DNA of 64,000 bases from Candidatus Curtissbacteria bacterium (GCA_016183325.1 JACPEV010000003.1:82000-145999); one strand, 5' to 3'. Shown: positions 39,696-50,581, counted from the stretch's first letter. Program-made: numbers and translations. Notes: generated by a model from the letters alone, not told the origin.

Positions 39696-41483
39696 TTATT
39701 TTATATCTTCTTTCAAAATAATATATCTCTCCAGCGCCAAAATATCCAGTCCGCTCTTACTAAAAGTGTTAAAAGCATCTTCTGGCGAATTAACAATCGG
39801 CTCTCCTTTCAAGTTAAAAGAAGTATTTAAAAGAACATAAACTCCCGTTTTATCTCCAAATTTCTTCACCAGATTGTAATATCGGGCATTCTGTGTCTCA
39901 GCTATTATCTGCAGTCTCCCCGACCCATCCACGTGAGTCACCGCCGGAATCACTTTGCGCATCCCGCGTCTAACTGGAAAAACTCCCAACATAAAATTAG
40001 TCAGATACTGGTGATCAAGCTCATCAAGCTCAAAGTAATCTTTGGCTCTTTGGGCCAAAACCACCGGAGCAAAAGGTCGATAAGGCTCTCTGAATTTAAT
40101 CTTCGTATTGACCACCTCTTTCATCTCTTCCCGGCGCGGATCAGCAAGTATCGACCTTGCTCCAAGTGCCCTCGGGCCCCACTCTGCCCGCGAGTGGAAA
40201 AAACCAATAACTTTTCCATCAGCTATCTCACCAGACAAATAATCGACCAACTTCCCTTCAGATACTATTTTTTGATATTTAATCTTTTTACTCTTTAAGA
40301 ATTTCTCGATCTCGTGCTCACTAAATTCCGCGCCAAAATAACAATTATCCTGAACAAATTGTCTTTTCTTTCTAAGAACCGCATGATAGACGTAAAGAGC
40401 TGCTCCCATCGCCCCGCCATCATCTCCTGCTGCTGGCTGTACAAAAATTCTCTTGAACGGTCCTTTTTGCGCCAATAGTCCATTCGCTACACTGTTTAAA
40501 CCGACTCCACCGGCAATACATAAATTTTCTTCGCCTGTTTTTAGGTGGGCATAGTTTGCCAAATCCAAAATAACCTCCTCGGTAAGTTTCTGGATTGAAG
40601 CGGCAATATCTGCATATTTTTGATTAAGAGCGCACAGATCTTCGTAATTCTTTGGCTTTTCCCCAAAATAAGACGGATATCCTGAAGATCTTGTAAAAAA
40701 ATGCAGATCTCGCGGTCTTGGCTCTCCAAAAAGTTCCACAAATTTCGAACCAAATGCCCTGTCCGACGACTTGTGATATGTAAAATATTCCATCCTCAGC
40801 GCATAAGAACCGTCACCATATCTCTTAACCAGCTTTCTTGCACGATCCAAGTATTTCGGAAGTCCATAGGGAGCCATACCCATCACTTTATATTCACCAT
40901 CATTGACTTCAAAACCTAAAAAGGCCGTAAACACTGAATACAAAAGCCCCAAGCTATGTGGAAACTTAATCTCCGATAATATTTCCAAATCTAAACCCTT
41001 GCCCAACCCAATTGTCGTTGTCGTCCACTCTCCCACACCGTCAAATGTCAAAACGCAAGCACTACCAAAACCGGATGCATAAAAAGCTGATGCTGCGTGC
41101 GAAACATGATGGGCAGCAAAGAGGATTTTGTCACGTTCGACGGCAAGTTTATCGGAAATTATAGAACGGACCCAGAGTTTGTCGGAAAGCCAAGTAACCA
41201 TTGATTTTGCAAAAAACCGATGTGCTTGCGGCCAACTTGCTAAAGAAGATATTAAAATTCTGGTAAATTTCCAAAAAGGTTTCTCATAAAAAACTACAAA
41301 ATCAAGATCAGTTGCAGTTATTCCTGCCCGAAGAAGACAAAAGTCAATCGCCATTTTGGGGAATTCGCTGTCATGTTTTTTGCGACTAAATCTTTCCTCG
41401 GCCGACGCCGCCACCACCCTGCCATCTTTTATTAAACATGCCGCCGATTCGTGGTAGAAACAAGAGATACCTAGAATATACAT
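39696..41483 (-). CDS. NodU/CmcH-family O-carbamoyltransferase
   Basis: HESAA, EERFSR.KH, HH.SHAASA, DGVGE, EYKVMG, EWGPRALG.RS, NTSFN. Confidence 0.93.
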   Translation of the reverse strand: MYILGISCFYHESAACLIKDGRVVAASAEERFSRKKHDSEFPKMAIDFCLLRAGITATDLDFVVFYEKPFWKFTRILISSLASWPQAHRFFAKSMVTWLSDKLWVRSIISDKLAVERDKILFAAHHVSHAASAFYASGFGSACVLTFDGVGEWTTTTIGLGKGLDLEILSEIKFPHSLGLLYSVFTAFLGFEVNDGEYKVMGMAPYGLPKYLDRARKLVKRYGDGSYALRMEYFTYHKSSDRAFGSKFVELFGEPRPRDLHFFTRSSGYPSYFGEKPKNYEDLCALNQKYADIAASIQKLTEEVILDLANYAHLKTGEENLCIAGGVGLNSVANGLLAQKGPFKRIFVQPAAGDDGGAMGAALYVYHAVLRKKRQFVQDNCYFGAEFSEHEIEKFLKSKKIKYQKIVSEGKLVDYLSGEIADGKVIGFFHSRAEWGPRALGARSILADPRREEMKEVVNTKIKFREPYRPFAPVVLAQRAKDYFELDELDHQYLTNFMLGVFPVRRGMRKVIPAVTHVDGSGRLQIIAETQNARYYNLVKKFGDKTGVYVLLNTSFNLKGEPIVNSPEDAFNTFSKSGLDILALERYIILKEDIK

Positions 41484-41523
41484 CAGGAAAATTGAAAATT
41501 GAAAATTGAAAATTGAAAATTCA

Positions 41524-41754
41524 TTAATATTGTTTCCTCGCTCCCTCCAATGTTTCTTTCGGATGTTCCCATTTCTGGAAGTTGGTTCTTCTAATCTTTT
41601 TCATCCTCAAGGGATCTACAAAAAATCTTAAGACGAGTCCTAGCGGCAAAAATAAAATAAAATAAAATATAGATAAGATTACCTGAGCCTGAAAATTACC
41701 AATAGCATGCGCAATCACCAGCCATTTGCGCCACAGCTGCTTTAAAAAAACCAT
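41524..41754 (-). CDS. SxtJ-like membrane protein
   Basis: W...A..IG.F...VIL...YF....P.G....DPL..QY. Confidence 0.75.
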   Translation of the reverse strand: MVFLKQLWRKWLVIAHAIGNFQAQVILSIFYFILFLPLGLVLRFFVDPLRMKKIRRTNFQKWEHPKETLEGARKQY

Positions 41755-41777
41755 GGGGACATTAAACCATGAGTCAG

Positions 41778-42068
41778 TTACTTGAGGGAAGCTCGCAGTT
41801 TTAGTGATCCAGAGAATAAAAGCAGAAATCCCAAAATATACAAAAGTCCCGAAAGGGTCGTACTAAAATTGCCTAACTGGGCGGTAAGTTTAACCAGAAT
41901 TGCCGATTGTGGCAACACCAAAGAAAACATCAAGCAAACAGTCCCTAGCGCGGTTAAAACCTGACTCCAAGCAAGTCTTCCACCCCTCAAAACATAAGCA
42001 TTGTAAGTTGCCGAAATCGAAACCAAAAGGGCAATTAATGCTGCAACGTTGGAAATCGTTAGTTCCAT
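41778..42068 (-). CDS. Hypothetical membrane protein
   Basis: 3 TM, LRGG.L. Confidence 0.65.
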   Translation of the reverse strand: MELTISNVAALIALLVSISATYNAYVLRGGRLAWSQVLTALGTVCLMFSLVLPQSAILVKLTAQLGNFSTTLSGLLYILGFLLLFSGSLKLRASLK

Positions 42069-42144
42069 AATAAATAAGCCCTTTTATTTTAGTGTGTCAC
42101 CAAAATCCGACTTTTGCAAGTTCTCGACCGTCTAGAAAATTAGT

Positions 42145-43308
42145 TCACGCAGTTCCTAAATAATCACGAAGTTTTTTGGCCCGAGTTGGGTGGCGCAGTT
42201 TTCTAATTGCCTTAGCCTCAATCTGTCTTATTCTCTCCCGAGTTACTCCAAATTCGCGACCTACTTCCTCAAGTGTCCTCTGTTTTCCATCCTCGAGCCC
42301 GAATCGATATTCCAAAACCTTAGCTTCCCTCGGTGAAAGTGTTGACAGAACTTCACGAATATGATCCTTCAAAAGTGCCTGTGTCGCCTGGTCAGTTGGG
42401 CTAGCTGAAACATCCTGAATAAAATCTCCCAGCCTGCTGTCCTCTTCCTCTCCAACAGGTGCTTCGAGTGATGCCGGCTCCTGTGATACTTTAATTATCT
42501 CCCTAACTTTGTCTTCTCCAACCCCCATCTCCATCGCCACTTCCTCGGGTATCGGCTCACGGCCCAACTCCTGCATCAGTTTCCTAGATATACGGTTAAA
42601 CTTGTTAATCGTCTCGACCATGTGTACGGGAATCCTAATCGTCCGTGCCTGATCGGCAATCGCCCGAGTTATCGCCTGCCTTATCCACCAAGTGGCATAA
42701 GTGGAGAATTTATAGCCTCGGCGCCAATCGTATTTAACAACTGCGCGCATGAGACCGATATTCCCTTCCTCGATTAAGTCTAAAAGGGTTAAGCCTCGAT
42801 TAACATATTTTTTAGCAATGGAAACTACCAAACGAAGATTAGCATTAATAAGTCTTTCTCTGGCCTTCTTATCACTCTTTTCCACTCTCTTGGCCAAAGC
42901 CACTTCCTCCTCATATGTCAAAAGTGACACTCTTCCGATCTCTCTCAAATACATCCTTACCGGATCAGAAAGATATCCTTCTTCCAAAGTGGCTAAATCT
43001 TCTAGTTCTTTCTCAAGTTCTGTTATAGATTTTGAGGCTTCGGCAACGTCAATTTCAGTCGTGTCAAAAACGTCTATACCTTCATCGAGAAATTTGTGAT
43101 AAAGTTCATCGACTTCAGAAATTGCAATCTCAGGCTTGGGGAAAATTGCCAGTATATCTTCCTGCGTTACAAATCCTTGTTCGCGTCCTCGCTTGAGTAG
43201 CTTCCTAATTTCAGCCTTAACATCAATATTTTTCTCATCTTTCTGAACTGGAGTTGACGAACCTTTTTTAAGACTTACTTTAGTGGCTCTTGGTCGCTTT
43301 TTATTCAT
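42145..43308 (-). CDS. rpoD: RNA polymerase sigma factor RpoD
   Basis: [46 protein letters not shown]. Confidence 0.98.
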   Translation of the reverse strand: MNKKRPRATKVSLKKGSSTPVQKDEKNIDVKAEIRKLLKRGREQGFVTQEDILAIFPKPEIAISEVDELYHKFLDEGIDVFDTTEIDVAEASKSITELEKELEDLATLEEGYLSDPVRMYLREIGRVSLLTYEEEVALAKRVEKSDKKARERLINANLRLVVSIAKKYVNRGLTLLDLIEEGNIGLMRAVVKYDWRRGYKFSTYATWWIRQAITRAIADQARTIRIPVHMVETINKFNRISRKLMQELGREPIPEEVAMEMGVGEDKVREIIKVSQEPASLEAPVGEEEDSRLGDFIQDVSASPTDQATQALLKDHIREVLSTLSPREAKVLEYRFGLEDGKQRTLEEVGREFGVTRERIRQIEAKAIRKLRHPTRAKKLRDYLGTA

Positions 43309-45188
43309 TAAATTAATTCTTTAAGATTTTTTGATATAACATCAAATTGCTTTGACAAAACCGACAATTGAGCCTCATCTTTTTTGCTCTGCGCTAATTT
43401 AATTTTCTTTGAAATTGCAGAAAGTCTTCTCTTACAAGACTCTTGCTTGATCCTTCTTGCTGTTTTTACCAGTTCTTGGGCACAAAGCTCTTTATCGGCA
43501 AAAGCGGGACTTATATTGACCAAATAAAGATTATCCACAAATCCGCTCAAGTTCTTTGGCAGTCCGATAAGTAACCTTTTTAAGCTTTTAGATTTAAGCT
43601 TAGAGTCTTTAATTATATCACGAACCCATTTCCAGAAATCGGCGGCTTCTTCACTGCCAAAGTCAGAAGGCTCAACTAATTTCAAAAAACTAAAGGTAGC
43701 TTCGTCCTGAAAAACAAAAAGGGCTAAAAAATATTCCTCTAGATTTAAAATATTTGTCTTATTTGAACTATCACTTTTTGACTCGGGACTTAGCATAGAA
43801 TAAAGATTACTTTGTTTTTTCTCCACAGCCGCTGCCACTAGAGATGTCTCAAGATCAAGTACCTTCGCTAGCTGGGAAATATAATGGGCTTTCACTAAAT
43901 CATCGGATATCTTTGAAATTATGGGCAGGATTTCCTGCCCAATTTTCTTTTTCCCTAAAGAAGTTCGCCCGTCATATCTTGCACTTGCCGACTCAATAAA
44001 ATAATCATACACATTAGCAGAGCTTCCAACTGCCTCCTTGAAACCGGCTGGGTCACTTTGAGCAAACTCATCTGGGTCCTTGTAGTTCCCAAGCCTTACC
44101 ACCTTTATACCCACCCCACTAATATCCAAAAGTTCGATACCGCGTCTTGCCGCCGCATCACCAGCCAAATCAGTGTCAAAACAAACAACCACACTCTCCG
44201 CAACCCTTGAAAGAATCACCGCTTGTTTTTGGGTCAAAGCTGTCCCTTTTGAAGCCACCACGTTTTCTAAACCAGCCTTGTAAGCGGAAAGAACGTCAAA
44301 TTCACCTTCAACTAAAATTGCCTCATTCTTATCCCTAATCGCTTTTCTGGTTACGTCCAAACCGAAAAGCAGGGAACCCTTATTAAAAATCGGCGTTTCA
44401 GGAGAATTGATATACTTTGGTTCCCGGACTTGTCCTGAGTCCTGAGCGGAGTCGAAGGGCCGAAGGGTTCTTCCTGAAAATCCTAAAACTGAGCCTCGAC
44501 TGTCCTTGAGAGGAAAAATCAACCTTTCCCTAAATCTATCGTAAAAACCACCACCTGGCCAGGTACGTGCCCCTGATGTCGATCGGGCAATAACCAGTCC
44601 CGCTGTTGCAAGGTCAGCTAAGTTAAACCCTCTTTTGGCGAAAAAATTTAATGTGTTGTCCCAGCCGGAAGGCGCATATCCAAGACCGAATTTCTCCCAC
44701 AAAGTCTGGGGTATTCCTCTTTTTGCAAGATACTTACGAGCCACTTCTCCAGCCGGATGTTTATTTAAGAGATGACTATAAAACTTTTCTGCCAAACTAT
44801 TGACAGCAAACAGTTTATCGCGGTCGCGATCACGATCTGTCGGTCGAAAAGCGGCCAGTTTCACTCCTGCTTTTTTTGCCAGTTCTTGTAAAGTCTCTCT
44901 GAATTCCCAACCCTCAATTTTTTCCAAAAATGTAAAAACGTCCCCATTCTCTCCGCATCCAAAACATTTCCAAACCTGCCTGTCTGGCGAAACCATAAAA
45001 GATGGCGTTTTTTCAGTGTGGAACGGACAAAGCCCAGCGTAATTTCTCCCGGCTTTCTTAAGAGGAAGATACGCAGAAATAACCTCCACTAAATCAACCT
45101 TGCTCTTGACCTCATCAACTTGCCTGCCCGCTGACCTGTCCGCCATAGCTTTAGCGACGGAGGAAACTTTAGTGAAAGAGGGGTCCAT
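43308..45188 (-). CDS. dnaG: DNA primase with in-frame repeat insertions
   Basis: [36 protein letters not shown]. Confidence 0.97.
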   Translation of the reverse strand: MDPSFTKVSSVAKAMADRSAGRQVDEVKSKVDLVEVISAYLPLKKAGRNYAGLCPFHTEKTPSFMVSPDRQVWKCFGCGENGDVFTFLEKIEGWEFRETLQELAKKAGVKLAAFRPTDRDRDRDKLFAVNSLAEKFYSHLLNKHPAGEVARKYLAKRGIPQTLWEKFGLGYAPSGWDNTLNFFAKRGFNLADLATAGLVIARSTSGARTWPGGGFYDRFRERLIFPLKDSRGSVLGFSGRTLRPFDSAQDSGQVREPKYINSPETPIFNKGSLLFGLDVTRKAIRDKNEAILVEGEFDVLSAYKAGLENVVASKGTALTQKQAVILSRVAESVVVCFDTDLAGDAAARRGIELLDISGVGIKVVRLGNYKDPDEFAQSDPAGFKEAVGSSANVYDYFIESASARYDGRTSLGKKKIGQEILPIISKISDDLVKAHYISQLAKVLDLETSLVAAAVEKKQSNLYSMLSPESKSDSSNKTNILNLEEYFLALFVFQDEATFSFLKLVEPSDFGSEEAADFWKWVRDIIKDSKLKSKSLKRLLIGLPKNLSGFVDNLYLVNISPAFADKELCAQELVKTARRIKQESCKRRLSAISKKIKLAQSKKDEAQLSVLSKQFDVISKNLKELI

Positions 45189-45220
45189 CGCCTATATTCT
45201 AACCCCAATGTAAACCATTG

Positions 45221-45292
45221 CGCCCTTGGCGGGACTCGAACCCACACAACAGGATCCGGAATCCTGTGGTCTTTCCATTAGCCTACAAGGGC
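45221..45292 (-). tRNA. tRNA-Arg(CCG)
   Basis: Cloverleaf; loop TTCCGGA; GTTCGAG. Confidence 0.9.
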
Positions 45293-45301
45293 ATTTTAGG
45301 G

Positions 45302-45388
45302 CGGAGAGGGAGGGATTCGAACCCTCGATAACCTTGCGGCTATACCCGCTTTCCAAGCGAGCGCACTAGGCCACTATGCGACCTCTCC
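45302..45388 (-). tRNA. tRNA-Ser(GGA)
   Basis: Long variable arm; loop TTGGAAA. Confidence 0.93.
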
Positions 45389-45523
45389 AATGGCACATAA
45401 TTATATCTCACACAACATTTGATGATGGACGATTGAAGCTAGATACTAGATTTAAGAAACTAGAGGATAGAAGTTGGAAAATCCATCCTCAAACTTCTAA
45501 CTTCAAGGTCCATCTTCTAGTTT

Positions 45524-46057
45524 CTATTGTCTATCCTCAAATAACAGTTCTATCTTTGCCCTCGCTTTTCTCCACATCTCCTTCGTATCCTTGAAAGTCA
45601 GTCTGTCCTCAACTTCATCAATCGGCAGCCATGCATGATCGGAAACCTCAAACGCCGTCGTCGCATCTCCATCGCTTTTGTATCTCATTAAATAAAAAAC
45701 TACGGTCTTCAAAACCTTTTGTTTACCCGACGAAGCCCTGAGCGACTTGCCCTGAGTTCTATCGAAGGAAGTCGAAGGGGCGAAGTCAGGGCCCTCTTCC
45801 CAATAAAAATACTTCGTTTCTCCAGCCCTCTCAATTATCTCTCCTTTGACTCCTGTCTCCTCCTCAACCTCGCGCAAAGCCGTCTGTTCCTCACTCTCGT
45901 AAATCTCCCGATGCCCCTTTGGGAAATCCCAACCCTTATGCTTCGAATGCTGCGTCACCAAAACCTCAATCCCTCTTGTACCTTCCGTACCTTTTGTACT
46001 TCTCGTACTTTTTCTTATAACGATGCCCCCAGCACTGAAGATCCTTTTAATCGCCAC
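45524..46057 (-). CDS. NUDIX hydrolase (Ap4A-hydrolase-like) with in-frame inserts
   Basis: SAGG, WDFPKGH..ESE.QTALREVEEETG. Confidence 0.9.
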   Translation of the reverse strand: MAIKRIFSAGGIVIRKSTRSTKGTEGTRGIEVLVTQHSKHKGWDFPKGHREIYESEEQTALREVEEETGVKGEIIERAGETKYFYWEEGPDFAPSTSFDRTQGKSLRASSGKQKVLKTVVFYLMRYKSDGDATTAFEVSDHAWLPIDEVEDRLTFKDTKEMWRKARAKIELLFEDRQ

Positions 46058-46120
46058 AGCGAAATTTTACATCAGGCAATTGATTTTCTCAATAAGTAAT
46101 ACTATAATTTAGGTAATACT

Positions 46121-46411
46121 ATGCAAATACAACCAACTACCATCACTCAAAAAGGCCAAGTAACTATTCCAGCACCAGTCAGAAAGGCGTTGGGATTAAA
46201 AAGCGGTGATCAAGTAAAATTCATTCTCACTAAAAAGAAGGAGGCTAAAATCAAACCGGCCAAACGCTTTTCAATCATGTCTCTCTATGGTTCCTTAAAG
46301 GTTAAGGTGAAATACAAAGCGACTGATGACATTTACAAAATAATCAAACAAGAAGAACAAGCTTGGCCAGAAGCTGCCGTAGAGAGGGACCAAAAAAGCA
46401 AAATTCGATGA
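46121..46411 (+). CDS. AbrB-family antitoxin
   Basis: TITQKGQVTIP..VR..LG. Confidence 0.88.
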   Translation: MQIQPTTITQKGQVTIPAPVRKALGLKSGDQVKFILTKKKEAKIKPAKRFSIMSLYGSLKVKVKYKATDDIYKIIKQEEQAWPEAAVERDQKSKIR

Positions 46412-46812
46412 TTTTTCTGGACACGAATATTATCCTTCGCTTTGTCCTTCAAGATCACCCCATTTACTCTAAAAAAGCGGCCAACATTTTTGCACAAATC
46501 GATCGGGGAAAAATCAGAATTTATCTTTCTTGGTTAGTAATTTTTGAAGCTGTGTTTGTACTACAAAATTCCCATAAACTTTCCAAGACAGAAATAACCG
46601 AAAAATTATTCCCAATGCTTCTTCTCAAAAATATCCTTTTCGAGAATAAAGATTTATTAAAAACCACTTTCGAATATTATGTTGATCGCAACATCAGCTT
46701 TGCCGATGCATATCACGCAGCTTTAATGGCCAAAAAAAAGATAAAGGAAATCTACTCTTTCGACCGCGATTTCGATAAATTTCCTCAAATCAGACGTTTA
46801 GAGAACCCCTAA
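46408..46812 (+). CDS. VapC/PIN toxin
   Basis: FLDTNI..E..SFADA..YSFD.DF. Confidence 0.9.
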   Translation: MIFLDTNIILRFVLQDHPIYSKKAANIFAQIDRGKIRIYLSWLVIFEAVFVLQNSHKLSKTEITEKLFPMLLLKNILFENKDLLKTTFEYYVDRNISFADAYHAALMAKKKIKEIYSFDRDFDKFPQIRRLENP

Positions 46813-46823
46813 ATTTAGGTATT

Positions 46824-46881
46824 CGACAGTGCCTAGTTGCCTGCCCGCCTCTGGAGGGACTATGTTGGAACTTATTTTAAG
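46824..46881 (+). repeat. att-arm variant (CLVDYVGT) interrupted by a palindromic insert; second copy 52196-52260
   Basis: GTGCCTAGTTG[insert]ACTATGTTGGAAC in both copies. Confidence 0.7.
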
Positions 46882-46902
46882 CACCAATTACTTACAACAG
46901 TC

Positions 46903-47694
46903 TCAAGTATAAACCTCTTGCCTAACATCTCTGTATAAGTCAATACCAAATATTCTTAAAAACCAATACTTTAATATCTCATACCAAAAGCGAAGGTTAT
47001 GTGGCTTAAACCACTTATACAATTCATAGCCAAACTTCAACTTGTGCTCGTGAAGAACTACTGCTTTGGGATTATAAACAATGTCGTAACCAGCGGTGTG
47101 CAAGAACCAAGCATACTCTGCATCCTCGCCTTCTGAGAGTTTTTCATTAAAAGGTCTTTTTACCCAAATAGATTTTCTGATAGCACAGCATCCGCCTGCA
47201 AAATTGAATATTTCGGTTCTTGCTTTTCCTATTTCAACTATGCCTGTAAACATTTTTCGTTTAGTTGAATATCTGACCAATTCTTTCGGAAACCTAGAAG
47301 CAGGCCAGTATGAAGGGTAACCGTAACCTTTCTTACCAGAAATCGTGTATTTGCCGTAAGCCCCCCCGACTTTATTATCCTTAAAAGACCCAATCAACTC
47401 TCGTATAAAATCACTTCTAAGAGGAATACAGTCGCCAGAAAGTCTTATTAAATATTCACCTTTTGCTTGTGAAGCACCTTTATTAAAAGCAAAAGCATAG
47501 TTAAACTTTTCTAGTCTAATTTGAACTAATTTAACAGGTAAGGATTTTATATATTCAACCGCACCATCAGTTGAGCCAGAATCTACAACAATAATCTCGT
47601 AACTTCCTTTTAACTTTTGATTAAGAATAATTGGTAAAGACTTTTTGAATAAATCTTTTTGGTTTTTAGTAATAACCACAACCGATGCAATCAT
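46903..47694 (-). CDS. GT2 glycosyltransferase (rhamnosyltransferase-like)
   Basis: IVVDSGSTD, N.G..A.G.Y, GED, V.H.H. Confidence 0.88.
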   Translation of the reverse strand: MIASVVVITKNQKDLFKKSLPIILNQKLKGSYEIIVVDSGSTDGAVEYIKSLPVKLVQIRLEKFNYAFAFNKGASQAKGEYLIRLSGDCIPLRSDFIRELIGSFKDNKVGGAYGKYTISGKKGYGYPSYWPASRFPKELVRYSTKRKMFTGIVEIGKARTEIFNFAGGCCAIRKSIWVKRPFNEKLSEGEDAEYAWFLHTAGYDIVYNPKAVVLHEHKLKFGYELYKWFKPHNLRFWYEILKYWFLRIFGIDLYRDVRQEVYT

Positions 47695-47764
47695 TTCAAC
47701 AGAAGTATATCAGCAAATTTTATGCTTAATAAAATTGAGTAGAAGTTCTAACAGTCTCGTGCTT

Positions 47765-47831
47765 GCGGAGGCGAGAGGATGTTTGCTTCGCAAAGCATAG
47801 TGCATTTCATTTGCACTATGTGCGAACCTCT
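47765..47831 (-). pseudogene. tRNA-Ser 3'-end relic with palindromic insert in the T-loop
   Basis: GCGGAGGCGAGAGGAT[about 42 nt]CGAACCTCT versus tRNA-Ser(CGA) GCGGAGGCGGCAGGATTCGAACCT. Confidence 0.65.
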
Positions 47832-47834
47832 AAC

Positions 47835-47915
47835 CTGCGGAAAGTAGTAGACGATGTTAGAACTTTTTACAAAGAGTCTTTAGCTTCTCCAGACTACATT
47901 ATACCCAGTTTTGTT
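47835..47915 (+). repeat. About 80-bp att-arm (RKxVDDVRTFY..SLA..YIIP); copies 48479-48560 and 52561-52642
   Basis: Three aligned copies sharing GCGGAAAG..GTTAGAACTTTTTAC..ATTATACC. Confidence 0.85.
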
Positions 47916-48469
47916 AAATCGTTTTTCAGTTGATCGGTATTAATAAACAGAACAGACTCAGTGCCAAGATTTTTTGCTACGCTAATGTTTTGAGGATTGT
48001 CATCGATAAAAAGAGCCTCCTCTTCTTTGCTTTGGAGTTTGTCAAGGATTATCCTAAATATTTTAGGGTCTGGTTTGCTTACCTTATGATCACTTGAGAC
48101 AACTATCTCATCAAATAAGTCTGTTAGATTGTTCTGTTTAAGGATTGAACGAAAAAAGTTACTCGGACTATTTGTACAAACTCCTATTTTATAATTTGGC
48201 TTAAGTTTTTTTATCAGTTCAACAGCCGAATCATTAATTTTAATAAAACTCTTAAACTCTTTTTCAACTTTTTCTGGCTGACTATTAACTAAGGAAGCGA
48301 GTTTACCGAAGAGCTCCAGCTCTAACACCTCCCCTCGATCAACAGGTTTAAAGTAAGCTTCTTTAAGCTGTTTAGCTTTCTCCTCTGAAAAATATCTACC
48401 GAACCAAAAAGGAGCAATTTCAGAGCATATTACTCCATAGAAGTCAAAGATAATAGCTTTAATTTCCAT
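47894..48469 (-). CDS. HAD-family phosphatase
   Basis: IIFDFYGV, KPDP.IF, FIDD. Confidence 0.88.
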   Translation of the reverse strand: MEIKAIIFDFYGVICSEIAPFWFGRYFSEEKAKQLKEAYFKPVDRGEVLELELFGKLASLVNSQPEKVEKEFKSFIKINDSAVELIKKLKPNYKIGVCTNSPSNFFRSILKQNNLTDLFDEIVVSSDHKVSKPDPKIFRIILDKLQSKEEEALFIDDNPQNISVAKNLGTESVLFINTDQLKNDLTKLGIM

Positions 48470-48617
48470 TGTAAAAATGAGCGGAAAGCCGTGGACGATG
48501 TTAGAACTTTTTACATGCAATCTCTAGCTTCCCAGCAATATATTATACCAACTTTTCCAGCCTTTACTTCTGCCTAAAAGGTAATTATTTTATGCTACAC
48601 TAAATATAATTCTTAGT

Positions 48618-50237
48618 ATGGTAAAACAACGAAAATCTTCATCAAATAAAATAGCCTTTATTATTATTCCTATAATTTCTCTTTTCCTTGCATTTTCAGT
48701 AATGAGAAAGGCGGTTTATTATTCTTCTGAACCTACCGAAGATAAAAATTGTCACCTGTTGTACCCATTTTCCTTTACTGATCCTTCAAAGGCCACAACT
48801 ATTGTTATGCAAAATCCACCAGCAACAATTCCGTTTTTGCAAAAAGGTGGAATTATCGATGATATTAGTTGTCTAAACAAAACTTCTGTTTATGGAATTG
48901 TGAAAGTAAATGGAGTTGAAGATATTCAGAACACTATATTATTTGCAAAAGAAAATAATATAAAAACTTCAATCGCTGGTATTAGACATAGTATGGGAGG
49001 ACAGTCTTTTTTTAGAAATGCCGCTGTGCTTGATATGACTGGCTTTAATCAAATGTCCATTGATGAAGAAAATAAAATCTTAACCGTTCAAAGCGGTGCT
49101 ACCTGGCATGATATTCAAAAGTTCTTACATCCAAAGGGACTAGCAGTAAAAGCTATGCAATCAAGTGATATCTTCACAGTTGGAGGTTCAATATCAGTAA
49201 ATGCTCATGGAATGGATCATCACGTTGGTTCTTTGGGAACAACTATTAAATCCATGCGAATAATGTTGAGCGATGGCACAATTAAGACTGTAAGTAAAAC
49301 ACAAAGTCCAGAACTTTATAGATTAGTTATTGGTGGTTATGGATTATTCGGGGTAATTTTAGATGCTGATATTGAGGTTACTAACAATGAAATGTATGAG
49401 CGTGAGACATATGTGATTGATTACAAAGAGTTCCCAAGAGTTTTTGAAGAAATAATGGCAAGTGGCGACAAATCTGGACTAATGTATGGACATTTATCAA
49501 CTGGGCCAAACGCTTTCTTAAAAGAAGTAATTATCTACAATTTTAGAAGAACGGATAATTTTAATGGCCAAATACCTCCCCTCCAGGAAAAATCTAATGT
49601 GGGGCTTAAGAGATTATTTTTGAACCTTGGAAAAACAGGTACTATTGGCAGGCAAATTCGCTATTGGGCAGAGAAATATCTACAGCCTCGTTTTGAATCT
49701 TGTGCCGTCTCCCGCAATGATGCAATGGGAGAACCCGAAGCATGTTTTATATCGAGAAATCAAGAGATGTATGAATCTGGTAAATTCCTGAGAAATAATC
49801 TCAAAAATGATACCGACATTCTCCAAGAATACTTCATCCCAAGAGATAAGTTTATTGAGTTTGTTGATGGCATGAGAGAAATTCTCCAAAAGAATAAAGC
49901 AGTTGTTCTTAATTCTGGAATAAGAGTTGTGAATAAAGAAGATAATTTTTTAAATTATGCTCCAGAAGATGCCTTCGCTATGGTACTTTACCTAAATCAA
50001 AAGATGACATCTGAGGAAAATGAGAGGATGGAAAAATTAACTCGAAAGATGGTTGATTTAACAATCAGTCTAGGAGGTAAACCCTATTTACCTTATCAAC
50101 TATATTTTACCGATGAGCAGCTACAAAAAGCATACCCAAATATAAATCAGTTTTTTGCTCTTAAAACGCAGTATGACCCTAATCTTTTATTTATGAGTAG
50201 TCTTTATGAGAAATACTCCAAGGTTCGAACTTTTTAA
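48618..50237 (+). CDS. FAD-linked oxidoreductase (ALO/DprE1-like fold)
   Basis: G.RHSMGG, TVGGSISVNAHG, GGYGLFG, LQEYFIP, YLPYQ, K..YDP. Confidence 0.88.
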   Translation: MVKQRKSSSNKIAFIIIPIISLFLAFSVMRKAVYYSSEPTEDKNCHLLYPFSFTDPSKATTIVMQNPPATIPFLQKGGIIDDISCLNKTSVYGIVKVNGVEDIQNTILFAKENNIKTSIAGIRHSMGGQSFFRNAAVLDMTGFNQMSIDEENKILTVQSGATWHDIQKFLHPKGLAVKAMQSSDIFTVGGSISVNAHGMDHHVGSLGTTIKSMRIMLSDGTIKTVSKTQSPELYRLVIGGYGLFGVILDADIEVTNNEMYERETYVIDYKEFPRVFEEIMASGDKSGLMYGHLSTGPNAFLKEVIIYNFRRTDNFNGQIPPLQEKSNVGLKRLFLNLGKTGTIGRQIRYWAEKYLQPRFESCAVSRNDAMGEPEACFISRNQEMYESGKFLRNNLKNDTDILQEYFIPRDKFIEFVDGMREILQKNKAVVLNSGIRVVNKEDNFLNYAPEDAFAMVLYLNQKMTSEENERMEKLTRKMVDLTISLGGKPYLPYQLYFTDEQLQKAYPNINQFFALKTQYDPNLLFMSSLYEKYSKVRTF

Positions 50238-50289
50238 TTAAAGAAAAAATTCATACTTTCAGCTTCAGAAACTCTGCAAAGTTAGAGGA

Positions 50290-50396
50290 AAGACTAAAAC
50301 TGAATCTGACAGAATTTATCCGAGTTAGAACTAGATGAAAATGCTGTCTTAACGCCCCGATTGGATCATGCTTTTGACCAAAATCTCACTCTGCGG
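50290..50396 (+). mobile_element. Recombinase-tail-like relic reading into tRNA-Ser(CGA)
   Basis: SELELDENAVLTPRLDHAFDQNLTLRR-RQDSN; homologous to 53439-53574. Confidence 0.7.
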
Positions 50397-50480
50397 AGGC
50401 GGCAGGATTCGAACCTGCGACCGAGTTTCCCCGGTAGTCGTTTTCGAAACGACCGCACTAGTCCACTATGCGACGCCTCC
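50394..50480 (-). tRNA. tRNA-Ser(CGA)
   Basis: Long variable arm; loop TTCGAAA. Confidence 0.93.
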
Positions 50481-50507
50481 CAAGTTTACCCTGAGTTTAT
50501 CGAAGGG

Positions 50508-50581
50508 TGCGCCCGACAGGACTCGAACCTGTAACCGTTAGCTCCGCAAGCTAATGTTCTATCCAGTTGAACTACGGGCGC
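50508..50581 (-). tRNA. tRNA-Arg(GCG)
   Basis: Stem TTAGC/GCTAA, loop TTGCGGA. Confidence 0.9.

Noticed and set aside
39412-41754. Saxitoxin biosynthesis
   Set aside because: Only the widespread sxtI/J/K-like trio; no sxtA, sxtG or other core genes
48470-48520. N-terminal extension of the HAD ORF
   Set aside because: It is the antisense of the att arm; the HAD motif starts at ATG 48469
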